64,000 nt of DNA from an uncultured virus (IMG/VR IMGVR_UViG_3300022555_003212) (IMGVR_UViG_3300022555_003212), one strand, 5' to 3'; shown: positions 37,607 to 47,683, counted from the first letter of the stretch. Notes: generated by a model not told the origin, from the sequence alone. Program-made: numbers and translations.

Positions 37607-37850
37607 CAAATACTTTTTTCAATTTGGCTTTTCTTATATTTACTAAAGGTTTAAAAGTATCTTGAGTGGATAAATAGTTTCCATGACCTTTATCATCCAT
37701 TTTTATGATATAATAAGGAACACTCATTTTAGTTCCACTTGAGACAAAAAAATAATTGGAATTAGAAATTTCAACATCATATATTTTACCCAATGTAAAT
37801 GACTTGTCTTTTACCCATGGGGCTCCTTCACTCACACAAACTACTTTCAT
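37590..37850 (-). CDS. class B C..FTxGKxY..DDxG family
   Basis: IRKAKLKKV. Confidence 0.8.
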   Translation of the reverse strand: MKVVCVSEGAPWVKDKSFTLGKIYDVEISNSNYFFVSSGTKMSVPYYIIKMDDKGHGNYLSTQDTFKPLVNIRKAKLKKVFDGSDR

Positions 37851-38085
37851 AGATATTTTTTAGTTTCATTTTTCTTTGTTCTTTCAAAGGAATGAATAGA
37901 GATTGTTCACAACGATATCCACCTTTGCCATTATCATCAGCCATAATAGTATAGCAGTGAATATTTATTATATTATAGTTTAGGTCTGTTAACTCAAAAT
38001 CATCGGCTGGAAAAACGTCATAGGTTTTACCAACAGTAAGATTATGATCTTGTGGATGACCTTTATCTACACAAACCGCCTTCAT
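37828..38085 (-). CDS. class B C..LTxGKxY..DDxG family
   Basis: QRKMKLKNI. Confidence 0.8.
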   Translation of the reverse strand: MKAVCVDKGHPQDHNLTVGKTYDVFPADDFELTDLNYNIINIHCYTIMADDNGKGGYRCEQSLFIPLKEQRKMKLKNIYESSLCE

Positions 38086-38341
38086 ATATTTCTTTTAGTT
38101 TCAATTTACGCATTTCTTTTGTAGAAAAAAAATATTCATAGAAATGATAGAACGGCCCGTCCCAGAAAGCGAAATGGACTTTATTGGTAAATTCGTCCAT
38201 TATATTTATTCTTTCATCGTGCCCAGGATACATTTCATATGATATTACATCATACCTTTTACCTTCAATAAAATGAGCTTTATTAAGACGGTATAATGTT
38301 TTTTTACAAATTACCGTTTTTATATATCTTTCAGATACCAT
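38063..38341 (-). CDS. class B protein
   Basis: MRKLKLKEI. Confidence 0.8.
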   Translation of the reverse strand: MVSERYIKTVICKKTLYRLNKAHFIEGKRYDVISYEMYPGHDERINIMDEFTNKVHFAFWDGPFYHFYEYFFSTKEMRKLKLKEIYEGGLCR

Positions 38342-38936
38342 TGATTTTTTTAATTTTTCGTTTTCTGATATCTTTTACTGTATCGAGTTCAACTTTAACT
38401 GGGGCATTTGGTGAAGTCAAGCTTATTGAAGATGCTACTGAAACATTTGATTTATTATCATTTTCTTTCCAGAATTCGTGTCTGATCACCTGAATGATAT
38501 CGAATGCTTCACGGCATTCTGGAACCATTGGATGATGAATTCCAAGGGATTGATTTGTGGAATAAGTCGGATCATTCATAATTGTTCTATTAACCTCATT
38601 AAGTAGAAATTTTATACGATCTTTACTTGAATGATATATATTCCAATTGGGGGATATTTGAATATTTTCGAGATCGGTCCATTTTTTTATTTCTTCTTTT
38701 TTACCCCAAGTTCCTTTTGTTTTGATATAACCTTTACCAATTTCAACTACAACTCCTCTCATCGTTTCTGTACCTATTTTAATTTCTTTATCTGGTGTAC
38801 ATTTATCGTGTATGATTCTATCTATTGATTGATGTTCAATGATATTATCAAGTTGTAGTATGCCTATTCTTGAATAGAGTTCAAGGGCATTTTGAATAAG
38901 TTTAAGTTGCTTATTGGTTAGTTCTATTTTTGCCAT
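38331..38936 (-). CDS. class B-tailed hypothetical phage protein
   Basis: ALELYSRIG; IRKRKIKKI. Confidence 0.85.
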   Translation of the reverse strand: MAKIELTNKQLKLIQNALELYSRIGILQLDNIIEHQSIDRIIHDKCTPDKEIKIGTETMRGVVVEIGKGYIKTKGTWGKKEEIKKWTDLENIQISPNWNIYHSSKDRIKFLLNEVNRTIMNDPTYSTNQSLGIHHPMVPECREAFDIIQVIRHEFWKENDNKSNVSVASSISLTSPNAPVKVELDTVKDIRKRKIKKINGI

Positions 38937-39247
38937 GGTATTTCATTTAATTTTCTTTTTCTGATATCTTTAATTGAGGTTGCGAAGTAATCACTGATGC
39001 ATGTGCCATGGTTGAAAGCACAAAAGTCTAACGTATCGGTTAAAATCCAAATACTGTATTCGACTACTGGTTCCGAATCACTAAATCTTTTTGAAACATG
39101 TGTATTTGCCCACACACTATATTTTTTTCCAAGGGTAAAAGTTTTTTCGTTATATCCACGTCTAATACAATACAGTTCTGATATCTTTTTATTGATTATA
39201 TCACGAGCCATTTGATTATCCATCAATATTTTTTCAGTTGGTATCAT
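38924..39247 (-). CDS. class B C..FTxGKxY family
   Basis: IRKRKLNEI. Confidence 0.8.
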   Translation of the reverse strand: MIPTEKILMDNQMARDIINKKISELYCIRRGYNEKTFTLGKKYSVWANTHVSKRFSDSEPVVEYSIWILTDTLDFCAFNHGTCISDYFATSIKDIRKRKLNEIPWQK

Positions 39248-39473
39248 TTAATTTTTGTAATTTCAATTTTTGTAATTTCAATTTTCTTAATTGATTATGT
39301 GAGCAAGCGTCATTTTTGTGAATACAATCGCCTTTATGTCTACCAGAAACAACTGAATATCTATCATTACTATCTGAAGGATATTCAGTATCTACAGTAA
39401 AGAGCTTACCAATATGGTTTTTATACCAATACGATTCTTTTTGGCAACTGATTATTATCACCTGTATTATCAT
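39234..39473 (-). CDS. class B WY..IG..F family
   Basis: LRKLKLQKLKLQKL (15-bp tandem duplication in tag). Confidence 0.8.
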   Translation of the reverse strand: MIIQVIIISCQKESYWYKNHIGKLFTVDTEYPSDSNDRYSVVSGRHKGDCIHKNDACSHNQLRKLKLQKLKLQKLNDTN

Positions 39474-39697
39474 CCCCAGATTTTACTTAATTTATTTTTT
39501 CTTATCTGCCGAACCCCATAGCTAAAATCTAAATCCTTTGCATGAAGAAGACTACCTTTATGAACCCCATCAACAATTAAACGTCCTATTGCAAAATGTG
39601 GATATGGCTGGGAATCTATGATAAATACTTGCCCAATAAGGTTACGGTACCAGAAAGTTTCGCCATGGCATTTTATTATTTTTACCTGTATTACCAT
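39470..39697 (-). CDS. class B WY..IG..F family
   Basis: IRKNKLSKI. Confidence 0.8.
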   Translation of the reverse strand: MVIQVKIIKCHGETFWYRNLIGQVFIIDSQPYPHFAIGRLIVDGVHKGSLLHAKDLDFSYGVRQIRKNKLSKIWG

Positions 39698-39972
39698 TTA
39701 AATCGTTTATTAAGTCTTTTGAGTTTTTCGGCTCTTATTTCTTTGATGTTGTGTAGGGTTTTTGTCCTCTGATCTTTATTCATCCTATAATCAGTATGTG
39801 ATTTAAGCAGCAGCCAAATTGGAACCAGTCCTATAATAAGGATCTGGAACCACCAATCTGTTTTTGGCATTGAAAGCATATTAACAAGCATGATAATAGC
39901 TACAATACTGATGATCTTAACAAATTTTCTCCAGTTTACAGCCTCAGCGAAGCTTCTTTTTACTTGTACCAT
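39691..39972 (-). CDS. class B two-TM membrane protein
   Basis: two hydrophobic segments; IRAEKLKRL. Confidence 0.8.
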   Translation of the reverse strand: MVQVKRSFAEAVNWRKFVKIISIVAIIMLVNMLSMPKTDWWFQILIIGLVPIWLLLKSHTDYRMNKDQRTKTLHNIKEIRAEKLKRLNKRFKW

Positions 39973-40210
39973 TTAGTTTTTTAAGTTTCAATTTTCTTAA
40001 TTCTTGTTGATTACAGAAGCATTCATGAAAACGGGTTTCATCGAACCATATTATAGTATTGAAATCGTCCTTAATTCCAATTCGATAAATTTTTGAAGCG
40101 GATAAAAACCCAAGCACTTCAATTGTAGTATACCATTTACCAGCGGTGAAATAATGATTTCTTTTATACCCATCAGATGTTTTACAAAAAATTTTATCAC
40201 CTTTTTTCAT
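39944..40210 (-). CDS. class B GDxxxC family
   Basis: LRKLKLKKL. Confidence 0.8.
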   Translation of the reverse strand: MKKGDKIFCKTSDGYKRNHYFTAGKWYTTIEVLGFLSASKIYRIGIKDDFNTIIWFDETRFHECFCNQQELRKLKLKKLNGTSKKKLR

Positions 40211-40457
40211 CTAATTGTTTCAGTTTAAGTTTTCTGGCTTCTTGTATGGAGCAGAAATATTCATCGAAGTTTATATACCAAATTTTAAAAGACATATCCC
40301 AGTGAATCATACCAACATCTGCGGATGAATAGATATTAACGCCAATAGAATCCGTAGAATTCACAACATAAATATAGCTTTTTTTAAAGCGTATAGTATT
40401 ATCTTCAGATATCCAATCTTTTTTACAGAATACCTGATCACCTTTGCGTGGGATCAT
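40197..40457 (-). CDS. class B GDxxxC family
   Basis: ARKLKLKQL. Confidence 0.8.
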   Translation of the reverse strand: MIPRKGDQVFCKKDWISEDNTIRFKKSYIYVVNSTDSIGVNIYSSADVGMIHWDMSFKIWYINFDEYFCSIQEARKLKLKQLDEKR

Positions 40458-40675
40458 TTCAATTTATTGAGTTTATCGATTCTATGTTTTTTAATAACAT
40501 AGGGGCAATCCTTTGAAGCGAAAGTAACTTGGGTGTAGATATCTTTATCTTTGACCATAGCACTTCCAGTCAGAAGACCTTGATGTGGTTTTAGTTTTGT
40601 GCAATAAGCTCCCAAGATCATACAGTTATCAAATAGAAGGTATTTACAATTGTCACATAAGTATACTGGTGTCAT
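40454..40675 (-). CDS. class B CxxC..C..CP protein
   Basis: HRIDKLNKL. Confidence 0.8.
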   Translation of the reverse strand: MTPVYLCDNCKYLLFDNCMILGAYCTKLKPHQGLLTGSAMVKDKDIYTQVTFASKDCPYVIKKHRIDKLNKLK

Positions 40676-40896
40676 AGTTGTATTATATTATCCCAATCTT
40701 TCAAAAAATCCATAATTCCCCAGTAGCATATTCTTGTGAAATTATCCACGGCTTCAATTTTATTAGCAGAGAAGCATTTACCCTGTTCTTTAAGAATAGC
40801 AATTTCATATTCCTTACCGACAGTATAATCGATACACCCAGAAAATTTTCCTAAGAATGTGGCTTTTACGTTTATTTTAACATCTTTTATTTTCAT
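40672..40896 (-). CDS. untagged hypothetical protein
   Basis: 74 aa ORF, coupled. Confidence 0.7.
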   Translation of the reverse strand: MKIKDVKINVKATFLGKFSGCIDYTVGKEYEIAILKEQGKCFSANKIEAVDNFTRICYWGIMDFLKDWDNIIQL

Positions 40897-40935
40897 TTTC
40901 CAGTTGTTTTAATTTAAATTTGTATAGAAGAATTA

Positions 40936-41154
40936 TCAGTCATTGCCAATTTGTTTTAGTTTATCTTTGCGGGTTTGTTTTAATAATAACGGGCATTCAA
41001 TAGGTGTTTCATTATTAAATATTACAATTTCAGATAGATCGTTAATATCAAATAATAATTGGCACCAATAGATATAACCACCTCTATATCTTGTGTGCTT
41101 ACAATTCTTGCAAGTATATTTAGCTGGTATTAGGGTTGGGCCTTCAGTTTTCAT
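40936..41154 (-). CDS. class B CxxC..C..CP protein
   Basis: TRKDKLKQI. Confidence 0.8.
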   Translation of the reverse strand: MKTEGPTLIPAKYTCKNCKHTRYRGGYIYWCQLLFDINDLSEIVIFNNETPIECPLLLKQTRKDKLKQIGND

Positions 41155-41159
41155 ATCAA

Positions 41160-41429
41160 TTAAATATTTGTTTCAAATAATTGTTTAAATTTCATTTTTC
41201 TAATTTCTTGATTTGTATTAAAATAATCTCCCAAGTAATTTTTACCAAGTAACTTTATGACTGAGAAGTGAAGTTCACATTCTTCAAATTCTACCCAATA
41301 ACAAGAATAATTAGGTTCATACCATACCCGTTTAATCGTATAATACCTTAAAGATATATTGTGTAATTTATAACGATTCTTAAAAGGCATGTTATCTATT
41401 TTACAACGAAGTTTATCCCCCTTTTTCAT
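41160..41429 (-). CDS. class B GDxxxC family
   Basis: IRKMKFKQL. Confidence 0.8.
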   Translation of the reverse strand: MKKGDKLRCKIDNMPFKNRYKLHNISLRYYTIKRVWYEPNYSCYWVEFEECELHFSVIKLLGKNYLGDYFNTNQEIRKMKFKQLFETNI

Positions 41430-41734
41430 ATAGTTTCAAATAATCGTTCTAATTTTAATTTTCTAAGTTCTTTAGGTGAGTAAAAATATTCGAATGGATT
41501 ATATTGTCCCATTTCAGAAAACCACAATCCTTGATTTTCTGCGTGATCAGTTTCATCATATTCACTTAAGATAAACATTTCAATATATTCTGGTTTCAGG
41601 AGATGGCTCACTTTTCTGTGAATTTTATAGAACCTTCCAACATAAAAAGTTCTATAATGCTGTACATAATCTAAGTTATAGCTCCTCGGAACACATATTT
41701 CTTTTTTACAAAGAAGTTTATCCCCAGCGGTCAT
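41426..41734 (-). CDS. class B GDxxxC family
   Basis: LRKLKLERL. Confidence 0.8.
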   Translation of the reverse strand: MTAGDKLLCKKEICVPRSYNLDYVQHYRTFYVGRFYKIHRKVSHLLKPEYIEMFILSEYDETDHAENQGLWFSEMGQYNPFEYFYSPKELRKLKLERLFETI

Positions 41735-42008
41735 TTAGTTTTTTTAATTTAGATTTACGAATTTCTTGTTTGGTAGAGAAGTGTTTTTCAAGGATAAACA
41801 ATGATAGAGTCCATGTTGCCTCTGTTATAGTTCTAAAACGTCCAGTTTTAACCAATTCCGAAATTGGTGGAAATGCTATATGAACATGATCATTGTCATC
41901 TTTTATGCGTTCCATTTCATACCAGACACCTTTTTCAAATTTAATTTCCGCAGAATTTATTGGTAGAATAAGTTCTGTATGGCAATATACGAATTCCTTA
42001 TTTTTCAT
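41718..42008 (-). CDS. class B VYC family
   Basis: IRKSKLKKL. Confidence 0.8.
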   Translation of the reverse strand: MKNKEFVYCHTELILPINSAEIKFEKGVWYEMERIKDDNDHVHIAFPPISELVKTGRFRTITEATWTLSLFILEKHFSTKQEIRKSKLKKLNDRWG

Positions 42009-42194
42009 TTAATTTTTCAAGTTTTAATTTTCTAAGAATACTTTTCAAGTATGGGCACCAATCTGGGGTCACCCACCAGCCCATGAGAACTTCAGAACTT
42101 TAACTTCCGTTAGAATTTCTTGTACATAAATTATTCGAAAGATCGGGTCACCTTCTATGAGGTCTGACCACTTTTTTGGTTTTGAATTTTTCAT
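42005..42194 (-). pseudogene. out-of-frame chimera of two genes
   Basis: Head MKNSKPKKW..EGD; tail TPDWCPYLKSILRKLKLEKL in another frame. Confidence 0.6.
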
Positions 42195-42454
42195 AATAGA
42201 TCGTGTAAATTATTTGACCAGAAGTACTCACAAATTCCATCATCTTCGATTTCTAAGATGAATTTTCCATCTACCATGGCGAATATTTGTTTATTGTCAC
42301 AGGTAAGAATTTTTTTCTTGATCGGTTTTTTTATTTTCGGATCGTTGGAATAGAATTCACCTTCGGTGATCACAAATTCGCCACTGTCTGTTCTTGAGAT
42401 ATCCAGCATATTTTCTACTGACATATCATATCTGTTACTCAATTCTTTTTTCAT
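42191..42454 (-). CDS. untagged hypothetical protein
   Basis: 87 aa ORF. Confidence 0.7.
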   Translation of the reverse strand: MKKELSNRYDMSVENMLDISRTDSGEFVITEGEFYSNDPKIKKPIKKKILTCDNKQIFAMVDGKFILEIEDDGICEYFWSNNLHDLL

Positions 42455-42546
42455 TTTTCAAGTTGTTTTAATTTATAATTTATAATTTAATTCTCCCTCA
42501 AATGAGAAATTTTCCTTACAAACAAGTTTATCGTGAAGTTTAACTA

Positions 42547-42729
42547 TCATCTGCATCGTCTGAGTTTTTGTAGTTTCTTTTTACGTGAGTTTTCCACAGG
42601 TTCACATTGTGGCATATTGTCCAAAATACAAATGCTTGGGCTAATATGCCTATCATGTGGTCTGATATGACGGCACCAGCCCCACCCTTTACAAAAACAG
42701 TATTCAGAATTTATGCATTGAACTTTCAT
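42547..42729 (-). CDS. class B Cys/His mini-protein
   Basis: CRHIRPH; SRKKKLQKL. Confidence 0.75.
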   Translation of the reverse strand: MKVQCINSEYCFCKGWGWCRHIRPHDRHISPSICILDNMPQCEPVENSRKKKLQKLRRCR

Positions 42730-43009
42730 ACCATTTTTTATATTCCAGCATCGACAATTTCTTTTTCCTTAATGTTTTTTTGTCACAGAAATAACCAGGA
42801 AATTCGGAAATTCCAACCCCCCACGAATTTTCTATTCCATCCTTTATTTTTCCAGTAAAATTTTCAGCAACTGGGTTTGCATAAATATATACATGATGTG
42901 AATCTGCGTGTAGTACTATATACCAATAACCTTTTGTAAAGTGTGATGTTCCACGCATGCTTACACCCCAATGATCCTTATAACAATAGTATGTTTCAAG
43001 ACTGATCAT
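42704..43009 (-). CDS. class B YC..FTKG family
   Basis: LRKKKLSML. Confidence 0.8.
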   Translation of the reverse strand: MISLETYYCYKDHWGVSMRGTSHFTKGYWYIVLHADSHHVYIYANPVAENFTGKIKDGIENSWGVGISEFPGYFCDKKTLRKKKLSMLEYKKWYESSMHKF

Positions 43010-43346
43010 ATAATTTTTGTAATTTTATTCTTCTAATTTCTGAAAGAGATTTTGAATATGGGAATTCACCTATGACCCGAACATCATCTGGCGGGGTTGA
43101 ACTGTCCAACACAACAATTTTAAATTCTCCCAGCGGCATAGGCTGTATTATACAGTTACAATCATCATAATTACCGTCTGACCCAAATTTTTGATAATTA
43201 AATTTGGGTGATTGAATATTGCCTTGAGCATATACAATTGTTCCACTCATCGATACATTTACGGCATAAGGTGCAATACCTCCTTGGATGTGCATTCTTA
43301 ACGACCCATCTGGAAATCTTTGCCCCCACAATTTCAGCTCATTCAT
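42996..43346 (-). CDS. class B protein with SprB-repeat-like body
   Basis: IQGGIAPY...PLGEFKIVVLDS; IRRIKLQKL; TATATTTG 43362-43369. Confidence 0.7.
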   Translation of the reverse strand: MNELKLWGQRFPDGSLRMHIQGGIAPYAVNVSMSGTIVYAQGNIQSPKFNYQKFGSDGNYDDCNCIIQPMPLGEFKIVVLDSSTPPDDVRVIGEFPYSKSLSEIRRIKLQKLYDQS

Positions 43347-43392
43347 TAGTTAACTTTAAAGCAAATATAATTAAAAATTTTATATATATGGT

Positions 43393-43977
43393 ATGCACAT
43401 TCAAAGATTTTTTGAAACGTTTTACCCTGTTGGAAACGTTAAGGTAAAATATGTTGGGGATTTTATTAAACTAACCCCTAAGTGGTTTTATAATAATGAT
43501 GAAGCTGGTGAAAGTGCTGCTGAAGTATTATATGATAATGCGGCATTAAATGATGACGAATATGATTTCACAAGAATATGTAAATGTATTGACCTTCGGC
43601 ATAAATTTGCATTATGGGTATATTTCAATGGTGATGACGGTCAACCTAACTGGAATAGAATGGGTACATTTGATTCTAAGGAAGATGCAAAAATTGAAGT
43701 TGAACGTTGGGCATTAGAAAATAATGTGGCTGTGACCCCAGACATTGATAAATCTGGATATAGAATTTTAAAGTATAATATAAGTTTTGTAGACAATAAG
43801 GGAGTATTTCAATGTGTAACTATAGACCGTGGTAATGATTTTGGGAAGATTCAGGAATTTACAATCTATCCTTTAAATGAACAATATTTTTTTAAACCTA
43901 CATTGAAGGAGATTGCGTTATTCAACAAGTTGTTTACATCTGGAATACATGCTAAGACATCAAGATTCGATCTTTAG
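43393..43977 (+). CDS. solitary class A tagged gene inside class B array
   Basis: TTATATATA 4 nt upstream; MHIQRFFE...SRFDL. Confidence 0.85.
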   Translation: MHIQRFFETFYPVGNVKVKYVGDFIKLTPKWFYNNDEAGESAAEVLYDNAALNDDEYDFTRICKCIDLRHKFALWVYFNGDDGQPNWNRMGTFDSKEDAKIEVERWALENNVAVTPDIDKSGYRILKYNISFVDNKGVFQCVTIDRGNDFGKIQEFTIYPLNEQYFFKPTLKEIALFNKLFTSGIHAKTSRFDL

Positions 43978-44258
43978 TATGAACGAGCAATTTGATTCAA
44001 TTTTAATTTTCTTTCTTTGCGTCTTATTTCTATCATTTCAATTTCGGTAAAAAAGTTATCCCTCAGTTCACATTTGTCAATTATACGTTTTTTACCTTTG
44101 TGATTCATAATAACATATAATCCATGATGCGGTGGGGTTAGTATATCAGAAATAAAGAACCAATCACCAATATGGCAATCAAATTGTTGAACTGGGTAAT
44201 GCTTACTTTCTGGAAGCTCTTCCTTGCACAAAAGAATTGTATAATAATGATCTACCAT
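43974..44258 (-). CDS. class B protein
   Basis: ERKLKLNQI. Confidence 0.8.
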   Translation of the reverse strand: MVDHYYTILLCKEELPESKHYPVQQFDCHIGDWFFISDILTPPHHGLYVIMNHKGKKRIIDKCELRDNFFTEIEMIEIRRKERKLKLNQIARSY

Positions 44259-44509
44259 ACCTTTTCAAGTTGTGTTAGTTTTAGTTTTCTTAATATTTTA
44301 ATATCCAGTTCATAAATTTTATCCACAATATCAACTACAAGAAATTTGTACTGATGCCCATCTAAATAATAATCCTTACCTTTAGCTGGTTCACACATGT
44401 AGCATTTCAGTGATGATTCTGTTTGCTCAATTTTTATAATTCTGTGGGGCACCATTTCATGAGGTTTCCCTTTTTTCAGAATAATTATATCGTTTATTTT
44501 AAATCTCAT
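44252..44509 (-). CDS. class B FKxNDII family
   Basis: LRKLKLTQL. Confidence 0.8.
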   Translation of the reverse strand: MRFKINDIIILKKGKPHEMVPHRIIKIEQTESSLKCYMCEPAKGKDYYLDGHQYKFLVVDIVDKIYELDIKILRKLKLTQLEKVW

Positions 44510-44729
44510 TGAGTCTTTGGAGTTTTTGCTTCCTCATTGCTATAGCATCCAATTCATAATTAAATTCCACTATTTCTTTATCAAGCATGATATCGCCATC
44601 TACCGAATTTACTGTATAAACTTCTGATGCTGGATAAAATGTATAATATCCAGTAACTCTATATCTAAATATATCTGGTGCTCCTTTTCGAACAATAATA
44701 TCGTTTAATTTGAATTTATAATATTCCAT
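44499..44729 (-). CDS. class B FKxNDII family
   Basis: MRKQKLQRL. Confidence 0.8.
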   Translation of the reverse strand: MEYYKFKLNDIIVRKGAPDIFRYRVTGYYTFYPASEVYTVNSVDGDIMLDKEIVEFNYELDAIAMRKQKLQRLNEI

Positions 44730-44985
44730 TTATTTTTTGTAGTTTAAGTTTACGAAAATCATTTGCAGAAGCAAAATGAGATTTGAGTATTTCTTCAGTT
44801 TGCAATCTGACTGTGTACATAGTAACATTTATTCTATTTGGCGCAGAAATAATGGCGTAGCAGTTTTCTGATATATTCAGATCGATCAATTTACAATCGT
44901 CACCGACATAGAAGTCCAACCTAAACACCGTGTCAACAGTTGCTTTGAACTGTTTTATACAATATATTTTATCCCCGACTTTCAA
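44716..44985 (-). CDS. class B GDxxYC family
   Basis: FRKLKLQKI. Confidence 0.8.
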   Translation of the reverse strand: MKVGDKIYCIKQFKATVDTVFRLDFYVGDDCKLIDLNISENCYAIISAPNRINVTMYTVRLQTEEILKSHFASANDFRKLKLQKINGIL

Positions 44986-45424
44986 TTTGCTTTAGTTTTT
45001 CTTTTCGTTCATTAATAAACATCATTGATATAAGTTGCTTATCTGAAAAATAATATCGTTGCCAACTTTTAGAATTCATTAGATTATAACTTTCAACTTT
45101 TTGGTGAGCTTTTTCTAATATCCTTCTTAGGGCTATTGGTGGGACGTGCCTACAATCTATAGGTATCATTGGGATGAATTGTGGCATATCAACAAGATAG
45201 TCTTCCGATACACATCGGCAAGCATTGATTTCGAATTTTTTAAAAAATCCCCTTTCGGTGAAAAGTGTAAGACTTTCAGGGTGTCTGTATAATTTTTCTA
45301 CGTCTGGATTGGTGAAATTTACATAAGCAATATCTAATAATATACCTTTACTACAAGATGGACAGGTATAACCAATCCTATAACCCTGACATTCATCAAA
45401 ACATTTATTACAAATTGTTCTCAT
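44969..45424 (-). CDS. class B Zn-ribbon protein
   Basis: MRTICNKC...CPSC; ERKEKLKQI. Confidence 0.8.
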   Translation of the reverse strand: MRTICNKCFDECQGYRIGYTCPSCSKGILLDIAYVNFTNPDVEKLYRHPESLTLFTERGFFKKFEINACRCVSEDYLVDMPQFIPMIPIDCRHVPPIALRRILEKAHQKVESYNLMNSKSWQRYYFSDKQLISMMFINERKEKLKQIESRG

Positions 45425-45670
45425 TTTTGTGATATAACTTATTAAGTTTAAGTTTTCTATACTTTTTTGGTGTAGCAAAATATTTCATTTTCTCGGAAGA
45501 CATTATATATCAACCTGAATTTTTTGGATCATATACTACAAGAGAATCAATCAGAGTTCCATCAATTTTAGAATAAATTCCTCACCAACTTTAAATGTAC
45601 GATCTTCCCAGCCTTTAGCACTACGAAAAGTGTATTCCGCAATACAAATTATCTTAACACCTGTTTCCAT
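45408..45670 (-). pseudogene. class B gene with frameshift and internal TGA
   Basis: METGVKIIC..FKVG head; tail YFATPKKYRKLKLNKL. Confidence 0.65.
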
Positions 45671-45956
45671 AAAGCTTTTTTAATTTATGCTGTCTTCTTA
45701 ATTGTTGATACGATAAAAATTTATAAAATGATGGGTCTCCTTTTAATGCTACCTGTGCTATGTCAAAATCACCAACTGTCCATCTCATCGCATTATCTTC
45801 TATTATAATGTTGATCGGATATTGAGCAGGGCCCCACGTTGATAGCATTTCTCTTTCCGATTGATACCAGCCAATATTTCTATTAATCATAAATATCTCA
45901 ACGAATCGGAATTCTTCTTCAGTTTCGCATCTGATTATTTTACATTCGTAATTCAT
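45654..45956 (-). CDS. class B CxTxEE..W family
   Basis: RRQHKLKKL. Confidence 0.8.
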   Translation of the reverse strand: MNYECKIIRCETEEEFRFVEIFMINRNIGWYQSEREMLSTWGPAQYPINIIIEDNAMRWTVGDFDIAQVALKGDPSFYKFLSYQQLRRQHKLKKLYGNRC

Positions 45957-46194
45957 GATTCATAATTTTTTGTAATTTCAATTTTCGTCTGCCAGCAGCA
46001 GTAGCGAAATGCTCATTTAATTCCTCTGGGGTAACAAGAAAGGCATGAACATCATTTTTAATAGTCCTAAAATCAGCACCAGTTCCAAATTCATTTAGAA
46101 CATATTCATCATCAATTTCAATAAGCACAGTCATTGTTTTTGAGTATTCTATACTTAATGGTTTTATACAATATATTTTATCTCCGATCTTCAA
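45940..46194 (-). CDS. class B GDxxYC family
   Basis: RRKLKLQKI. Confidence 0.8.
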   Translation of the reverse strand: MKIGDKIYCIKPLSIEYSKTMTVLIEIDDEYVLNEFGTGADFRTIKNDVHAFLVTPEELNEHFATAAGRRKLKLQKIMNHELRM

Positions 46195-46396
46195 TTTGTT
46201 TAAGTTTTTGTTTTCTTACCCAAGCAACTGTGGCGAAGCAATAAGATAGAACATTAGAATGAACGCCAAGGTCATTTATAACCGTGTAGTAAGGCAATCC
46301 ACCCTGAGTGAATGTACTTGAGGCAATAACATCGTAGGCTCGTCCTACGGTCAGCAAATTGGTATTTCTATCTTCTTTGGTGTAGATCAGTTTCAT
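46178..46396 (-). CDS. class B LTVGxxY..NDxG family
   Basis: VRKQKLKQI. Confidence 0.8.
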   Translation of the reverse strand: MKLIYTKEDRNTNLLTVGRAYDVIASSTFTQGGLPYYTVINDLGVHSNVLSYCFATVAWVRKQKLKQIEDRR

Positions 46397-46628
46397 CGAT
46401 TTTATTAAGCTTTAATTTTCTTACTTCTGATTTTGTATAAAAGTTTGCTTTAAATTCTTCTTTATCAAAAAAATAGGCACAATAATTTGAATATAATACT
46501 GTAGCGTATGTCGATGGTGGCTCAGAGTTTAATTGAACAGAAAACACCTCATACCACGAATTTTTTTTAAATGTGTTGGTAGACATGTAGCATTCATTAT
46601 GGCAAAAAACTTTATCCCCCTTTTTCAT
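46368..46628 (-). CDS. class B GDxxxC family
   Basis: VRKLKLNKI. Confidence 0.8.
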   Translation of the reverse strand: MKKGDKVFCHNECYMSTNTFKKNSWYEVFSVQLNSEPPSTYATVLYSNYCAYFFDKEEFKANFYTKSEVRKLKLNKIDETDLHQRR

Positions 46629-46878
46629 TTTTCTTATAATAAAAAACCATTCCGACCCATATTGCGTTCATTATAAAGATGACCATACATCCCAGAAAAC
46701 TGTATATTTGAGTAATACTTATATAGTAGTACAAACTCCAAATTCCCCAGATAGTGGAATACATGGTTGGTATCCAAGACACCCCCATTATTTTCTTTTC
46801 TCGCTTTAACTTGATAATATTGATAAGACATAATAGACCAAATCCAAATTCAAAGAGCCCATTTACAAAATCAATCAT
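46612..46878 (-). CDS. PQ-loop/SemiSWEET-like 3-TM membrane protein
   Basis: NGLFE...KKIMGVS...WGIW.LYYY...Q..SF, three TM segments. Confidence 0.6.
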   Translation of the reverse strand: MIDFVNGLFEFGFGLLCLINIIKLKREKKIMGVSWIPTMYSTIWGIWSLYYYISITQIYSFLGCMVIFIMNAIWVGMVFYYKKNEKGG

Positions 46879-47134
46879 ATTTTTGAATTTCTTTTAATTT
46901 ACGCTTTCTTAGGTCCTTCAAACTAATAAAATAATCGTGAAAATATAATTCGAATGTTCCTTCAACTGTTGTTAGCCATATATGACCATGTTTAAGACCT
47001 TTTTTTTCATGTTCAAGCCTATCATATCCTATTGGTGCAACAGCTACCCAATTCTCGTTACTGTATTTAATTTCATATATTTTTCCAACGGCAAAATCGT
47101 ACACTTTATATTTACAAACAACAAGTTCACCCAT
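46871..47134 (-). CDS. class B C..FxVGKxY family
   Basis: LRKRKLKEI. Confidence 0.8.
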   Translation of the reverse strand: MGELVVCKYKVYDFAVGKIYEIKYSNENWVAVAPIGYDRLEHEKKGLKHGHIWLTTVEGTFELYFHDYFISLKDLRKRKLKEIQKYD

Positions 47135-47445
47135 TAATATTTACCAATTTTAGAAAATGAAAAGTTAGGTTGAATAACTGGTGGAGGTGGATTAATAGCA
47201 TTTTCAAGCTTCTGAAGTTTTATTTTTCTAAACTTTTTGATGTCACAAAAAAATAAATGTAGATTACCGTTGGTGAATACAATTACATCACCGTTATCAC
47301 AAGTTATAAATGCTGTATCCAAATCCTCCACCCTAACAGTATAGCATTCACCTTCTCGGATAGTGGCACTTCTTTCCTCGAATGCTGATTCGAACTGGGC
47401 GGTCCGCCAACAATATAATTTATCGCCAGTTTTCAAGTTTTTCAA
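47134..47445 (-). CDS. class B GDxxYC family
   Basis: FRKIKLQKL. Confidence 0.8.
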   Translation of the reverse strand: MKNLKTGDKLYCWRTAQFESAFEERSATIREGECYTVRVEDLDTAFITCDNGDVIVFTNGNLHLFFCDIKKFRKIKLQKLENAINPPPPVIQPNFSFSKIGKY

Positions 47446-47683
47446 GTTTTAGCCTTCTATGTTCCGAAATTGTAAAAAAATGTGATTTGAAATCATTCAT
47501 ACTAAGTTTTACCATCCAAAGTTGAAATCCAGTATATAAAATAACGTAACTTTCATATTTTGATGTTGCTGGTAATACATTAACGTGGTCAAGTTTATAT
47601 TTGCTACCCATTAAGAATTTACCACCCTGAAAGGTATAAGATTTTTTGCAATATACTATATCACCCGTTTTCAATTTTTTCAA
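47420..47683 (-). CDS. class B GDxxYC family
   Basis: HRRLKLEKL. Confidence 0.8.
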   Translation of the reverse strand: MKKLKTGDIVYCKKSYTFQGGKFLMGSKYKLDHVNVLPATSKYESYVILYTGFQLWMVKLSMNDFKSHFFTISEHRRLKLEKLENWR